Positions 20,389-31,228 of a DNA stretch of 64,000 bases are shown here, one piece after another (the stretch's first letter is position 1; the number at the start of each line of letters is the position of its first letter). The position numbers and the translations under genes were made by a program. The notes under the pieces are model-generated. The model saw only the letters and a list, made by a program, of their open reading frames with translations. It made no database searches and was not told the DNA's origin. Origin of the DNA: Longimicrobiales bacterium (GTDB taxonomy: Bacteria > Gemmatimonadota > Gemmatimonadetes > Longimicrobiales > Gaopeijiaceae); contig CBDFIQ010000001.1 in the NCBI GenBank assembly GCA_965248195.1, forward strand, positions 1,024,001-1,088,000. The letters are read 5' to 3'.

Positions 20389-20898
20389 TCAGCCCGTTGC
20401 CTTCATGGCCGCCATGATTTTCTCGGAAGGGCTGCTCTGACCGAGCACCTTCTGGAGAGCCGCGATGGACCCCAGATGGTATCCCTCGTGGAATGCGAGG
20501 AACGCGAGCTTGTCTCGCACGCACTCTTCCGCGTGCGGGCCGCCGCTTACGGGCGCGGCGAGGGCCTCCTCGGTCGCGGACGCAAGCGCGCTCATGAATC
20601 GCTCGCTCACGCTGCTCCACTGCTCGCTCAGTTCGGCGGTGGTGGGATAGTCTCGGCCATCGGTCGCCGGGCTGCTCGCGAACATGGTCTCGTACGGATT
20701 GTCGTCGGCCTGACTCAGCATCTGAAGGCCCACGTGCCGGTAGGACAGGAGGTGGCCCAGGTGCCAGGCGATAGACGGCCCCTCTTCGTTCCGTGCCCGA
20801 GTGCGGGCGACGGCATCGGACAGGTCGTCCAGAATCAAGGGAATGAGGTGATCGGTGGTGCCGAAGATATTCATGAGGGGTGCTGCGCTGTTCGCCAT
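20389..20898 (-). CDS. DinB-family protein
   Basis: SIAWHLGHL and FHEGYHLG His triad; RBS AGGAG. Confidence 0.85.
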   Translation of the reverse strand: MANSAAPLMNIFGTTDHLIPLILDDLSDAVARTRARNEEGPSIAWHLGHLLSYRHVGLQMLSQADDNPYETMFASSPATDGRDYPTTAELSEQWSSVSERFMSALASATEEALAAPVSGGPHAEECVRDKLAFLAFHEGYHLGSIAALQKVLGQSSPSEKIMAAMKATG

Positions 20899-21086
20899 GA
20901 TTTGCTCCTGAGGATTGAATTCGCGATGTCTCTAGTCTCTCGACGAACGACCCTTGCGAAAAGATGCGGCTCGACGCCGGAAGGACGGATGGAGGAGTCG
21001 TGGCGATCCTTTTCGGGGGTTCGATCGTCACTCTTTGTAGGAACGTCTTCGACGTAGGGAGAGGCGTCATCGGCCCCGGAGAGCGC

Positions 21087-21956
21087 GTGGAGACCGAAAT
21101 ACAGGCGGCGGCACGAAAGGCTTTCGACGACTTTGTGTGCGACGTACGCACCGACCTCCACCGGTACTGCTCGCGGATGGTGGGGTCGTCGATCGAGGGC
21201 GAGGACGTCGTTCAGGACGTGCTCGCGAAAGCGTTCTATCAGCTCTCCGAGCTGGGCGGCGTGGCGAACCTCCGTGGTTGGCTCTTCAGAGTCGCTCACA
21301 ACAAGTCGCTTGATCATCTGCGGCGTTATGACCTGAAACACGGGGAGGCGCTCGAATCCGAGATGGCGGCTCCGGACCCGATCGATGCGCTCGAGCAGGC
21401 GGAGTTGACGAAATTGGGGTTGTCCTACTTCGCGAAGCTGACCCCTATGCAACGCAGCTGCGTCATTCTGAAGGACGTGCTCGACTATTCGCTCGCCGAG
21501 ATCTCGGAAGTTCTCGACTCCAGCCTCCCAGCCACGAAGGGTGCCCTGCACAGGGGCCGAGCGAGTCTCCGGCGCACGGCGGCTTCGGTCGAGGGCAGGA
21601 CGCCGGCCGTTCTGACGGAGGCCGAACAGGGGTTGCTCTCGCGCTACGCCGAGCGATTCAACGCCCACGATTTCGAGGGTCTGCGCGATATGCTGGCCGA
21701 GGACGTCCGACTCGAGGTCGTGGGCCGGTTCCAGGCTCGAGGGACCCAGCCGACCGGTCGGTATTACACCAACTACAGAAAGGCTCCGGAGTGCCGACTC
21801 CGCCCCGGGGTGGTCGAGGGGCGTCCAGCATTGCTCGCCTCAGACGCGCCGGACGAAGTTCCGGGCTACTTCATTCTGCTAGAGTGGACTGGAGAGCGCA
21901 TCTCGGCGATACGTGACTATCGCTATGCCAGGCACGTGATGGTCGAAGCCGACTAG
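21087..21956 (+). CDS. ECF sigma factor with SnoaL-like C-terminal extension
   Basis: EDVVQD, GWLFRVAHN, region 4 YSLAEISE...KGALHRGR, C-terminal YAERFNAHDF; start uncertain. Confidence 0.88.
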   Translation: METEIQAAARKAFDDFVCDVRTDLHRYCSRMVGSSIEGEDVVQDVLAKAFYQLSELGGVANLRGWLFRVAHNKSLDHLRRYDLKHGEALESEMAAPDPIDALEQAELTKLGLSYFAKLTPMQRSCVILKDVLDYSLAEISEVLDSSLPATKGALHRGRASLRRTAASVEGRTPAVLTEAEQGLLSRYAERFNAHDFEGLRDMLAEDVRLEVVGRFQARGTQPTGRYYTNYRKAPECRLRPGVVEGRPALLASDAPDEVPGYFILLEWTGERISAIRDYRYARHVMVEAD

Positions 21957-22447
21957 CCGCTTCGAGCTTCGTCCCGCTCGTTCAGCGCCACCATCATCCC
22001 ATTAAAGGCCGTCTCGAGTTCCCGAAGATGTTTATCGCTCCGTCGGAATGCCACACGTCGATCCATGTCGCCGCCCTCGACATCATTGAAGGCCCGTTTC
22101 AGGTGTACCATCGGCCCCGCCACTCGTGCGGTCGTGACGATCGCGAGCCCAATGCCCACCAAGGCGATTATGGACGATCGGGTAAGAAGGAAGAACCAGA
22201 CCGCTCCGTGCAACGATGCCGGCACAATGCCGCTCATCATCATGGAGACCATGAGGACCGGTGCTGACAGCACCAGCACGACGACCCAGACGCCAGCGAC
22301 CGGGATCACGGCTGGCAGAGTGTGCTTGAACCCGCTTCCGCGGATTTCATTTTCATCGCCATGTCTTTTCCGCCTGTAAGTGCGATCTCGTTGTGACGCC
22401 GCTGGGCTGCGACGCACGGTCCCCATCCTGTGCCTCGGGTCCGCCAA
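21953..22447 (-). CDS. Small membrane protein with HAMP-like domain
   Basis: Two TM helices then RVAGPMVHL...GDMDRRVAFRRSD...LETAFNGM; start uncertain. Confidence 0.6.
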   Translation of the reverse strand: MADPRHRMGTVRRSPAASQRDRTYRRKRHGDENEIRGSGFKHTLPAVIPVAGVWVVVLVLSAPVLMVSMMMSGIVPASLHGAVWFFLLTRSSIIALVGIGLAIVTTARVAGPMVHLKRAFNDVEGGDMDRRVAFRRSDKHLRELETAFNGMMVALNERDEARSG

Positions 22448-22573
22448 CGGCGAAAATTGAGGCTATTTCCACCTTAACAGGTGCGGTAGGGCTTTTCTAC
22501 GAAATTCTTGGGGGCGGTCTCTATCGGCCCTGGATCGCTTGCCAACGAGCCGCGCCGCGGCGAAGCTCAACAC

Positions 22574-24837
22574 ATGTCGATCGTCCGTTCGGTGGCCGCC
22601 GCAGCGGCTCTCGCCGCCAGCCTGGTCGCTGGGCCCATCCAGGGCCAAATCCCGGGCGTCTCACCGTTGTGCGCGGACCGGGGGCCAGCGGTAGGTGCAT
22701 CCCCCTTCGATGCGGGGGTCGCCCAGCCCTCCGGTCGGGGGGTCGGCCCGATCGCCCCGCGTCGGACCTCTACTGCATCGATCTCCTTTCGACTCGGCGC
22801 GGAGGTGACGCCACCGGGATCGTGGAACTGACTCGCCCCTGGTCGCCCTTCGGGGTCACGGTCACGGCTGAGGGGCGCCATCGCCACGAGCTGACGGCGT
22901 GGATCGCGGGACTCCCCGATCCCGCAACGCTCGGGCCCTACACGACGTACGTCGCGTGGGCCACCCCGCTGGTCCTCGACCCCGTGGTCAAGCTCGGGGA
23001 GATCCGGAACGGCCGGAACGACCTGGGCGAAGTCACCTTCAACAAGTATCTGGTGCTCGTCACTGCGGAGGCGTCAGCGGAGGTCTCGGAGCGCACGGGC
23101 CCTCTCGTGATCCGCGGACGCTCACCGTCTAGCCGGATGGAGTCTCACGACCTCTTGGCGATGGCCCCCTCCGCGGAATCGGGGGGGGAGCTGGCCGTCC
23201 ACGAATTTGCCGACCAGTGGTCTCTCCCGCCGATGTACGATGGCGTGCCCAGGCTCCCGGGAATCATGGGCGCGCGTCCCCGCGCCCAGCCGCTGCTCCC
23301 GACCATGGACCTCGCTGTGGACCTCGCTGATGTCCCGGAAGCGGAGCCGAGCGGAGTCGTGACGCTCCCGAATGGCGGAACGCTCGACCTGACCGCTGCT
23401 CTCGTCAAACGCGAGATCGGGGGCCGTGAGCTCCTGATGTTCGGCTTCAACGGGCAGATTCCGGGCCCGCTCATCTCGGTTGGGCAACGGTCTACCATCT
23501 TCGTGAACTTCACGAACGACACACCCTTTCCGAGCACCGTGCACTGGCACGGAGTGCGCCTCGACAACCGATACGACGGCGTGCCTAGAGTCACCCAGGA
23601 CCCGGTGCAGCCCGGCGAGACGTTCCGCTACCAGATCTACTTCCGTGACGCCGGTATCTACTGGTATCACCCGCATCATCGGGAGGACGTTCAGCAGGAG
23701 CTCGGGCTCGCCGGCAACGTGCTCGTCGAGCCGCTTGCCGCCGACTATTACGGCCCAGTGAACCGCGAGGAGGTGGTCATGCTCGACGACCTACTCCTGA
23801 CCGAGAGCGACGTGGTCACCGAGAGCGGCGTCGTGCCGTTCGGGAACGAGTCGGCCAACTACATGCTCATGGGCCGCTTCGGCAACGTCTTCCTCACGAA
23901 TGGCGAGCCCGAATGGGGGCTGGAGGTCGACGCCGGCGAGGTCGTGCGCTTCTTCTTCACCAACGTCTCGAACACCCGGACGTTCAACGTTTCGTTCCGC
24001 CCGACGGCCGAAGCGTCGGCACCTCCCCTCCCGATCAAGGTGATCGGCTCAGACGTCGGCAAGTTCGAGCGAGAGACCATGGTCGAGAGCGTCGTGCTCG
24101 CTCCTGCCGAGCGGTACGTGGTCGAAGTCCTCTTCAGCGAGCCGGGAGCGTACGCCTTCACGAACCACGTCCAGGGCATCAACCACCGGATGGGCGTATT
24201 CCTCGAGGAGGTCGCCCAACTGGGGACGGTTGATGTGTCTGGGGCCCCCACCGCCGAGGACCACGCCCCCGCCTTCGAGACCGTCCGGGCGAACGAAGAG
24301 GTCATCTCGGACATCGACCGGTACCGCTCCGAGTTCGACCGACCGCCGGATCACGAGCTCACGCTCACGCTCGAGGTCGACGGTCTTCCCATGGCTATCG
24401 AGCAGTCGATGAACCTCGATTGGATCTACTTCAACCCTGTGGAGTGGACCGGCACCATGCCGGTGATGAACTGGGCGACCACGGGCGCCGAAGTGGGCTG
24501 GATTCTCCGGGATGCCGCGTCCGGCGCCGAGAACATGGACATCACATGGAGCTTCCGCGCCGGTGACGTGGTCAAGATCCGGCTCCACAATGACCGGAGC
24601 GCCTTCCACGCGATGCAGCACCCGTTGCACATCCACGGGCAGCGCTTTCTGGTTCTGGCTCAGAACGGCGAGCCGAACCTGAATCTGGTTTGGAAAGACA
24701 CCGTGCTTTTGCCGACCGGCTCCACGACCGATATCCTCCTTGAGCTGTCTAACCCCGGTCGCTGGATGGTCCACTGTCACATCGCGGAGCACCTCGAATC
24801 CGGCATGAAGTTCGTCTTCGACGTTGAAGGAAACTGA
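22574..24837 (+). CDS. Multicopper oxidase with N-terminal extension; apparent frameshift near 22737-22758
   Basis: HWHG, WYHPH, HPLHIHG, HCHIAEHLESGM; the signal peptide (MSIVRSVAAAAALAA) lies in a different frame. Confidence 0.88.
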
Positions 24838-26281
24838 GATGAAGACCTTAGCTGCATCCGGGGTGGGATCCGTCGCTGCATCAGTAGTTGCATCCGTCGC
24901 CATGGCCGCCGCGGCCCTCGCATCCGCGGCCCCGGCTTCCGCGCAGAACTTCCAGGAGTTCATTGCGGTCGACGGGCCCCTCATCGCGCTCACGAACGCG
25001 AAGGTGATCGACGGCACGGGTGCCCCGGCCGTCACCGGCCAGACGATCCTCATCCGGGGTGAACGGATCGTCGAGGTCGGGCCGTCGAGGAGCGTGGATG
25101 TCCCGGCGGACGCCGAGGTCCTCGACCTGACGGGCCACACGGTGATCCCCGGGCTGATCGGGCTGCACGATCACAGTTACTACACCGGCGGTCGCGGTCG
25201 GGCCGCACAGATCTCGTTCTCGGGCTCGCGGCTCTACCTCGCGTCCGGCGTGACGACCATTCGCACGACGGGTGCGCGGTACCCGTATGAGGAGATCAAC
25301 CTCGCGAGGGAGATCGAGGCCGGCCGAGTGATCGGACCGACGATGTTCACGACCGGCCCCTATCTGACCGGTGAGCAAGGCTCGCAGACCATGATTCACC
25401 TCCAGGGGCCCGAACACGCACGACGCGTCGTGCGCTATTGGGCCGAGGAGGGAGTGAGCTGGTTCAAGGCGTACACCTGGATCTCACGGGCAGAGCTGGG
25501 CGCGGCGATCGAAGAAGCGCATGCTCACGGTGTCAAGGTCACGGCCCACCTCTGCTCCGTCGGCTACCGGGAGGCCGTAGCCCTGGGCATCGACAACCTC
25601 GAGCACGGGTTGTTCGCAAACAGCGAGTACACGCCGGGCAAACGACCCGACGAGTGCCCCGCCGGCTTCCGGAGCTCGTTGGTCGACCTCGACGTGAACG
25701 GGCCGGAGGTTCAAGCGACCTTCCGCGACATGATCGACAACGGCGTGGCGATGACCTCCACGCTCGTCGTCTACGAAATCTCCGTCTCCGAGCGCCCGCC
25801 CATCGACGAGCGCGTCTTCGATATGCTCGCGCCAGAGATCGCGGCAGAGGTACGGGAGATCTCGATCCAGCGCCGTGAGGGACGGGGCGCGATCGATCCT
25901 GCGCTCTTTGCGAAAGCGATGGAGTACGAGCGGGCGTTCGTGGACGCAGGAGGACTCCTGGGCGCGGGTGTCGACCCGACCGGATACGGTGCCGCGCCTC
26001 CCGGGCTCGGCGACCAGCGCAACTACGAGCTCCTGCTCGAGGCGGGGTTCACGGCTCCCGAGGTCGTCGAGATCATGAGCGCCAACGGCGCCAAGGTGCT
26101 CGGGATCGACGATGATGTGGGCACGGTCGAGGCCGGCAAACTAGCCGACCTGGTCGTGATCGAGGGAGACCTCGAGGCCGTTGGGAACCTGCACGGGACG
26201 AGTATCGTCTTCCGGCATGGGATCGGGTGGGACTCGGCAAAGCTGATCGACTCGATCCGGGGGATCGTCGGGATCCGCTGA
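24824..26281 (+). CDS. Secreted amidohydrolase
   Basis: PGLIGLHDH, VTAHL, LEHG, GVD, GKLADLV. Confidence 0.9.
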   Translation: MKETEMKTLAASGVGSVAASVVASVAMAAAALASAAPASAQNFQEFIAVDGPLIALTNAKVIDGTGAPAVTGQTILIRGERIVEVGPSRSVDVPADAEVLDLTGHTVIPGLIGLHDHSYYTGGRGRAAQISFSGSRLYLASGVTTIRTTGARYPYEEINLAREIEAGRVIGPTMFTTGPYLTGEQGSQTMIHLQGPEHARRVVRYWAEEGVSWFKAYTWISRAELGAAIEEAHAHGVKVTAHLCSVGYREAVALGIDNLEHGLFANSEYTPGKRPDECPAGFRSSLVDLDVNGPEVQATFRDMIDNGVAMTSTLVVYEISVSERPPIDERVFDMLAPEIAAEVREISIQRREGRGAIDPALFAKAMEYERAFVDAGGLLGAGVDPTGYGAAPPGLGDQRNYELLLEAGFTAPEVVEIMSANGAKVLGIDDDVGTVEAGKLADLVVIEGDLEAVGNLHGTSIVFRHGIGWDSAKLIDSIRGIVGIR

Positions 26282-26425
26282 GGCTTGGAGATGTTCGCGG
26301 AGTGGGGAGCCGCGGCCGTCGCGATATTGAAGTCGCAGCGCCAGCTTCGACATTTCGTGGCCCGCTGCGCGAGGGCGGCGTTCAGGCGGGCGAGGGAATC
26401 GGACGTGGCGGACAAGATGCGGCGT

Positions 26426-27469
26426 TTACGGGCACACTCCGCCCAAATATCCCCCACCCCCGCAGTACGCCACGTCCTGAAGCTGGATCGACAGGCCGTC
26501 GGGGTCGCTGAAGTAGAGCTCCGGCGTTCCATCCGCCGCGCCGCCGCGATTCGGCATGCGCATGGATATCCGGTGCAGTAGTGGACCCGATCGGCCCGGT
26601 TCGGTGCCTCTCGGCGTGATGCCGTGCTCCTCCAAGGCGCTCTGAATACGCTCGACGTCGAAATTCTCGAGGGTAAGACAGGCGTGATTGATGCGTGCCG
26701 GACCGGTCCCCCCCCCGCCACCGCCGGTGAACATCAGGAAGTGCACGCCGGGACCGACACCCATCAGGGGCGAGGCGGCCTGGTAGGTCTGGGTGTCCAT
26801 ACCGAACGTCTGCTGGTAAAACGCGTTTGTGCGCCCGGGATCGGGCACGTTGATCGTGAGGTGGCTCAGACCGCGGAGCGCGATCGATCCGCTTCGCGGA
26901 GCGGGCTCTAGGGCGGCGCAGCGGTCGCCGAGCAGACCGCCTCCTCCACAGTACCGCGGATCCTGCAACTGAATGACCAGACCGTTGGGATCGCCGATGT
27001 GGAGCTCGGGTGTGTCTCCCCGCGTGGTCGCGCGCAGCCGCCCCGGACCACCGCTCAAGCCCTGGCCTCGTCCGCCTGGTATCACGTCGTGACCCGCCAA
27101 GGTCCGCACGGCACGATCGATATCGAAGTTCTCCACGGCCAGGCCGAAGTGGTCGATGTGCGGGGGCTCGGAGCCCGCCTCTCTGAGTGCCAGGAAGTGC
27201 GGCCCGTCGCCGATACGGAGAAGGATCCTCTCCCCCTGGCGCGCCTGCACGGACATGCCGAAGAGCCCCTGGTAGAAATCCAACGAGCGCTCCAGATCCG
27301 AGACGGCGAGCGTTACCTGGTGCAGCCCGCGAACACCGAGCGGAGCGGCTTGCCCGTGCGCGAGCAGACGGCGGGCGAGGGTCAGCGCCGGCAGGGAGAG
27401 AAGCAAGCTCCGGCGAGTCATCACGCCCGCGGTGCCGGCGGTCTTGGGGTCGTTGATGTGATCGCTCAT
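26426..27469 (-). CDS. Two-domain VOC/glyoxalase-family protein with Tat-like signal
   Basis: TRRSLL; LHQVTLAVSDLERSLDFY and LSHLTINV...FY; internal duplication ending DP(N/D)GL.IQLQD..YCGGGG. Confidence 0.85.
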   Translation of the reverse strand: MSDHINDPKTAGTAGVMTRRSLLLSLPALTLARRLLAHGQAAPLGVRGLHQVTLAVSDLERSLDFYQGLFGMSVQARQGERILLRIGDGPHFLALREAGSEPPHIDHFGLAVENFDIDRAVRTLAGHDVIPGGRGQGLSGGPGRLRATTRGDTPELHIGDPNGLVIQLQDPRYCGGGGLLGDRCAALEPAPRSGSIALRGLSHLTINVPDPGRTNAFYQQTFGMDTQTYQAASPLMGVGPGVHFLMFTGGGGGGTGPARINHACLTLENFDVERIQSALEEHGITPRGTEPGRSGPLLHRISMRMPNRGGAADGTPELYFSDPDGLSIQLQDVAYCGGGGYLGGVCP

Positions 27470-27558
27470 GTCTCGGTCACTCCTCTCGCGCTCAAATCCT
27501 ACGCACTTCCGGGGCAACAAGATGACATAGGCGCCTTGGGTGGCACAAGAAAAGTCGC

Positions 27559-28605
27559 TCAGGCGCCCTCGAGCAGCGTCTCTACGTGGGCGGCGGCGGC
27601 AAGTGCCGTCCCATCGACGTTGTATCCGCCTTCGAGCAGCGACACGACCCGCCCTCCGCAATAGTCGTCCGCAAGATCAAGCGAGATGCGGGTCATACGG
27701 CGGAACACGTCGTCGGTGAGATCGAAGCAACCCAGCAAGTCGTCCTGACGGCTGTCGAAGCCGGCCGACAGGATGATGAAGTCGGGGCGAAATCGGCTCA
27801 CGGCCGGGAGAAGCTGAGTGTCCCATGGTCTCAGCATGTCAGCGTCCCTCGAACCGCAGTCGAGGTGCACGTTGATGTTGAGCCCCGAGCCCTCACCCTC
27901 CCCTGTCAGCGTGGGATGGCCCGTGCCCGGGTATGCGTAAAAATCGTGGGCTGAGAAAAACAGCACCGAAGGATCGTTGTAGAACGCGTTCTGGGTGCCA
28001 TTCCCGTGGTGGTAGTCCCAGTCGAGGATGAGGATCTTCTCGAAGCCGTGTACCTCCTGGGCATACCGAGCGGCTATCGCAGCGGTGCTGTAGAAGCAGA
28101 AGCCCTCCTCTCGGCCAGTGTTGTTCGCGTGGTGGCCGGGGGGTCGGATGGCGCAGAAGACGTTACGTACCTCCCCCCGCGCCACGGCGTCGACGCCCCC
28201 GAGCGCGCCCGCTACGGTCAGCTCGGCCACGGGACCGGTGATCGGGATCGCCTGGACTGACTCGACGTGCTCTGGGGTGTGGTGTCCCCGAATCGAGGGG
28301 ACGGGATCCGACATGACGGGAATGGGTGTGAGCTCCCGGTCGAGGCCTCGTGCCGCGAACATCTCACGGATCCTCCGCAACCGGAGCGGCCTCTCGGGGT
28401 GTGGCGCCCCGCCCCTTGCCGGCAGAACGTGATCGAGGTAGCGCTCGTCGTACACCAGCCCGGTGCCTCGTGCTTGAGCCGTTGACGGGCTCGTGCGCGC
28501 GGATGACGTCCGGGCAGACGATGCACCCATTCTGATAGCCGGGATCGCACCCAGTCCCAGGAGGCCTTGGGAGGTCCGAGCCAGAAATTCCCTCCGCGTC
28601 TTCAT
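27559..28605 (-). CDS. Histone deacetylase-family amidohydrolase with Tat-like signal
   Basis: TRREFL, HPERP, RPPGHHA, GFC, DWDYHHGNGT, SAGFD, LEGGY. Confidence 0.92.
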   Translation of the reverse strand: MKTRREFLARTSQGLLGLGAIPAIRMGASSARTSSARTSPSTAQARGTGLVYDERYLDHVLPARGGAPHPERPLRLRRIREMFAARGLDRELTPIPVMSDPVPSIRGHHTPEHVESVQAIPITGPVAELTVAGALGGVDAVARGEVRNVFCAIRPPGHHANNTGREEGFCFYSTAAIAARYAQEVHGFEKILILDWDYHHGNGTQNAFYNDPSVLFFSAHDFYAYPGTGHPTLTGEGEGSGLNINVHLDCGSRDADMLRPWDTQLLPAVSRFRPDFIILSAGFDSRQDDLLGCFDLTDDVFRRMTRISLDLADDYCGGRVVSLLEGGYNVDGTALAAAAHVETLLEGA

Positions 28606-28736
28606 GGCGTTCGCTCGTGTGCTCGCGTGATGGGCGGGTGAATTCTGAGCTTCCCGCCGTTCCTTCGTCCGTGCATTACCATGCGTGTCCATGGGGTCGG
28701 ATGCAAACTGGCCCGCTCGGCTGTATCCTTGGGTTC

Positions 28737-29333
28737 ATGAGTGACGCCGATCGATTTCAGCGGGTGATCCGGAGCATCGACGAGGCCAACGGCGAAGACC
28801 CGAATTCCGAGGTCGTCGACGGGGTGGCGCAGCCCAAAGAACTGGTTTACGGAATGAGGATGCAGAGATGGGTCGAGGAGCTGGACCCGCGGGCTCCCGA
28901 AGCACTGCGCATCGCCGCCCGGAGCCAGCACATCCGCAGGTGGGAGATTCCGCGTAGCGATTATCCCATGGACAGGAAGGGGTACCTCCGTTGGCGTACA
29001 ACGCTTTATGCGTTCCATGCGGACAGGGCGTCAGAGCTTCTTCGGGCCCGGGGTTATGACGATGAGACGATCGAGCGCGTCAGGACGCTACTCCAGAAGA
29101 GAAATCTCCGCACCGACCCCGACGTCCAGACCCTCGAGGACGCCGCGGCGCTCGTCTTCCTGGTCCATCATCTCGATGATTTCCTGAAACGTGACGACAT
29201 CGGAGAGGAAAAGGCCATCGCCATCATCCGCAAGACGTGGAAGAAGATGACCGAGCGTGGCCACGAAGCGGCATCGGCCTTGGAGCTTTCGGCGGAGTCG
29301 AGCGCGTTGCTGAAGAAGGCGTTGGCGGGCTAG
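28737..29333 (+). CDS. DUF4202-family protein
   Basis: EDPN, AARSQHIRRWEIPRSDYP, GYLRWR, QTLED, KTWKKM. Confidence 0.85.
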   Translation: MSDADRFQRVIRSIDEANGEDPNSEVVDGVAQPKELVYGMRMQRWVEELDPRAPEALRIAARSQHIRRWEIPRSDYPMDRKGYLRWRTTLYAFHADRASELLRARGYDDETIERVRTLLQKRNLRTDPDVQTLEDAAALVFLVHHLDDFLKRDDIGEEKAIAIIRKTWKKMTERGHEAASALELSAESSALLKKALAG

Positions 29334-29842
29334 CCGTCGGAGCGACCCGCGCCCACCGGCCTCTCGGCCTCCAACTCCCGGACGGACCTTTGCACCAGCT
29401 CCACCAGAGATGTGCTGAAATCCGCCTCGTTTTCCTCGAACCAGGCCCGCCACGAGGGTGTGCGCAGATGTCTCTTGAGCGTGTCTCTGTACGAATGCCA
29501 CATCTGCCGGTCCAGAACTCCCACACGGTACTGGTACACGAGGTTTCCGAAATGCCGGTAAACGGCGGTCATGTAAGCGTCCCAACGGACCACCTCCATC
29601 GGCGACAGGCTCGATGGATCCCGCTCCGCACGGTGGAGGAACTCGGCGAAATCGGCATCCCTGAAGGAGTGCTCCAGGATCCGGATGCTGTTCTCGGTCA
29701 TGGAGTTGAAAGATGCGGCCCGGACGGAGATCGTATTCTGGCTCATCTGGCGGGCCAGGTAGACAAGGGAAATGACCACGCCCAGGGCGCCCACGAACTC
29801 GCCCAGGCTGCCGAGGTCCTGGAAGGTGAATTGACTGAGCAC
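29330..29842 (-). CDS. Hypothetical membrane-anchored protein
   Basis: LGSLGEFVGALGVVISLVYLARQ N-terminal TM. Confidence 0.7.
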   Translation of the reverse strand: MLSQFTFQDLGSLGEFVGALGVVISLVYLARQMSQNTISVRAASFNSMTENSIRILEHSFRDADFAEFLHRAERDPSSLSPMEVVRWDAYMTAVYRHFGNLVYQYRVGVLDRQMWHSYRDTLKRHLRTPSWRAWFEENEADFSTSLVELVQRSVRELEAERPVGAGRSDG

Positions 29843-30049
29843 TTGAGACTATCGTCCTTATTCCAATAGTGATCGGCTCGCGCGGCGTTCGGAGGGCGAG
29901 CTCCCGAAGAAGATACCGATGTCATCCGTTGTTCCCCAACCCTGCCTTGCGGGTTTGCTTGCGCGGGGGAACTCTTCAGGCGGGGTACGAGTTCGGCAAC
30001 AGATCGTCGCTGTAGGCATCCGCACGCCGGGCGATGGGCTTGAAGGAGC

Positions 30050-31219
30050 GTGTCGTCTGGGCGGCTCCGGGGGTCGAAACATGGAAAAAAAAGGTTCGAA
30101 AGAGTTTCCTTCCTTTGCTTCGGCCTGGCTTTGGCCACGGTAGCCGTAGCGGCGTGCTCAGATGCGGTGCGACCGTCTGGGGATGGGGGTGGCGGAGGAG
30201 TGGCCCAGCTTACCGCGCTGTGCCAAGAGCTTCAGCTGAGTCTCAAGTCTGGGGCTCCGAAGGACGCAATTCCTGCGCTTTCGAACCCTGATTTTATCCC
30301 GCCGGATCATAGGGATGCCGCATACCTGCTCCCCACCGACCGTGTGATCGGGATCGAAATCAACGACGAGTACTTGGCCTTTCCGCATAACATCCTCTGG
30401 TGGCATGAGATCGCTAACATGGACGAGCTCGGTCTGGCGGTCACCTACTGCCCGCTCACCGGGTCCAGCATGGTCTTTCATCGCGAGGTGGTAGCCGGTG
30501 ACGAATTCGGGGTATCCGGGCTGCTCTTCAAGAACAATCTGGTGATGTACGACCGCGCCGGTCCGAGCCTAGAGGAGTCCCTGTGGCCCCAGATGCTGGC
30601 AGGAGCGCGCTGCGGCCCCTCGGAGGGTGATGACTTGGCGATGTACCCGGCTCTGGAGATCGAGTGGGCCGACTGGGTGGCGCTCCATCCGGACACGCGG
30701 GTCCTGAGCGGGGCCACCGGGTTCGAGAGGAACTACACACGCTATCCGTATGGGGACTATGAAGTGGAGGACAACAGGTCCCTCTTAGACCCCATCGATG
30801 AGCTCGATGACCGCAGACCTCCGAAGGAGCGGGTGCTGGGGATCCTGTTCAGGGATGGGGGCGGGATCGCCTTCCCCTTCGGCGCCCTCCGTAGTGTGGG
30901 CGACCTCGCGGCGATCCACGCGACCGCTGGCAGCGCCGATGAGGACAGCGCTATAAGCCTGCCGATCGTCGTGTTCTGGGATAACGAAGCGGCTGCGGCG
31001 ATGGCGTATGGGACTACGATCGCCGGCCAGTCACTGACCTTCGAGGTAAGGGACGGCGCCTTCGTGGATCGAGAGACGGGGAGTCGGTGGAGCATCGAGG
31101 GGACGGCGGTCTCCGGCCAGTTGGTCGGTAATAGCCTTTATAAGGTTCCCGAGGCTTATGTGTCGTTCTGGTTCGCCTTCTCGACGTTCTTCCCGAATCC
31201 CACTCTGTGGCTTCCGTGA
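30050..31219 (+). CDS. DUF3179-family putative lipoprotein
   Basis: VAAC lipobox, KDAIPAL, HEIAN, TYCPL, FGVSGLL, MYDR, FWFAF; start uncertain. Confidence 0.85.
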   Translation: MSSGRLRGSKHGKKRFERVSFLCFGLALATVAVAACSDAVRPSGDGGGGGVAQLTALCQELQLSLKSGAPKDAIPALSNPDFIPPDHRDAAYLLPTDRVIGIEINDEYLAFPHNILWWHEIANMDELGLAVTYCPLTGSSMVFHREVVAGDEFGVSGLLFKNNLVMYDRAGPSLEESLWPQMLAGARCGPSEGDDLAMYPALEIEWADWVALHPDTRVLSGATGFERNYTRYPYGDYEVEDNRSLLDPIDELDDRRPPKERVLGILFRDGGGIAFPFGALRSVGDLAAIHATAGSADEDSAISLPIVVFWDNEAAAAMAYGTTIAGQSLTFEVRDGAFVDRETGSRWSIEGTAVSGQLVGNSLYKVPEAYVSFWFAFSTFFPNPTLWLP

Positions 31220-31228
31220 GAATCCGAA

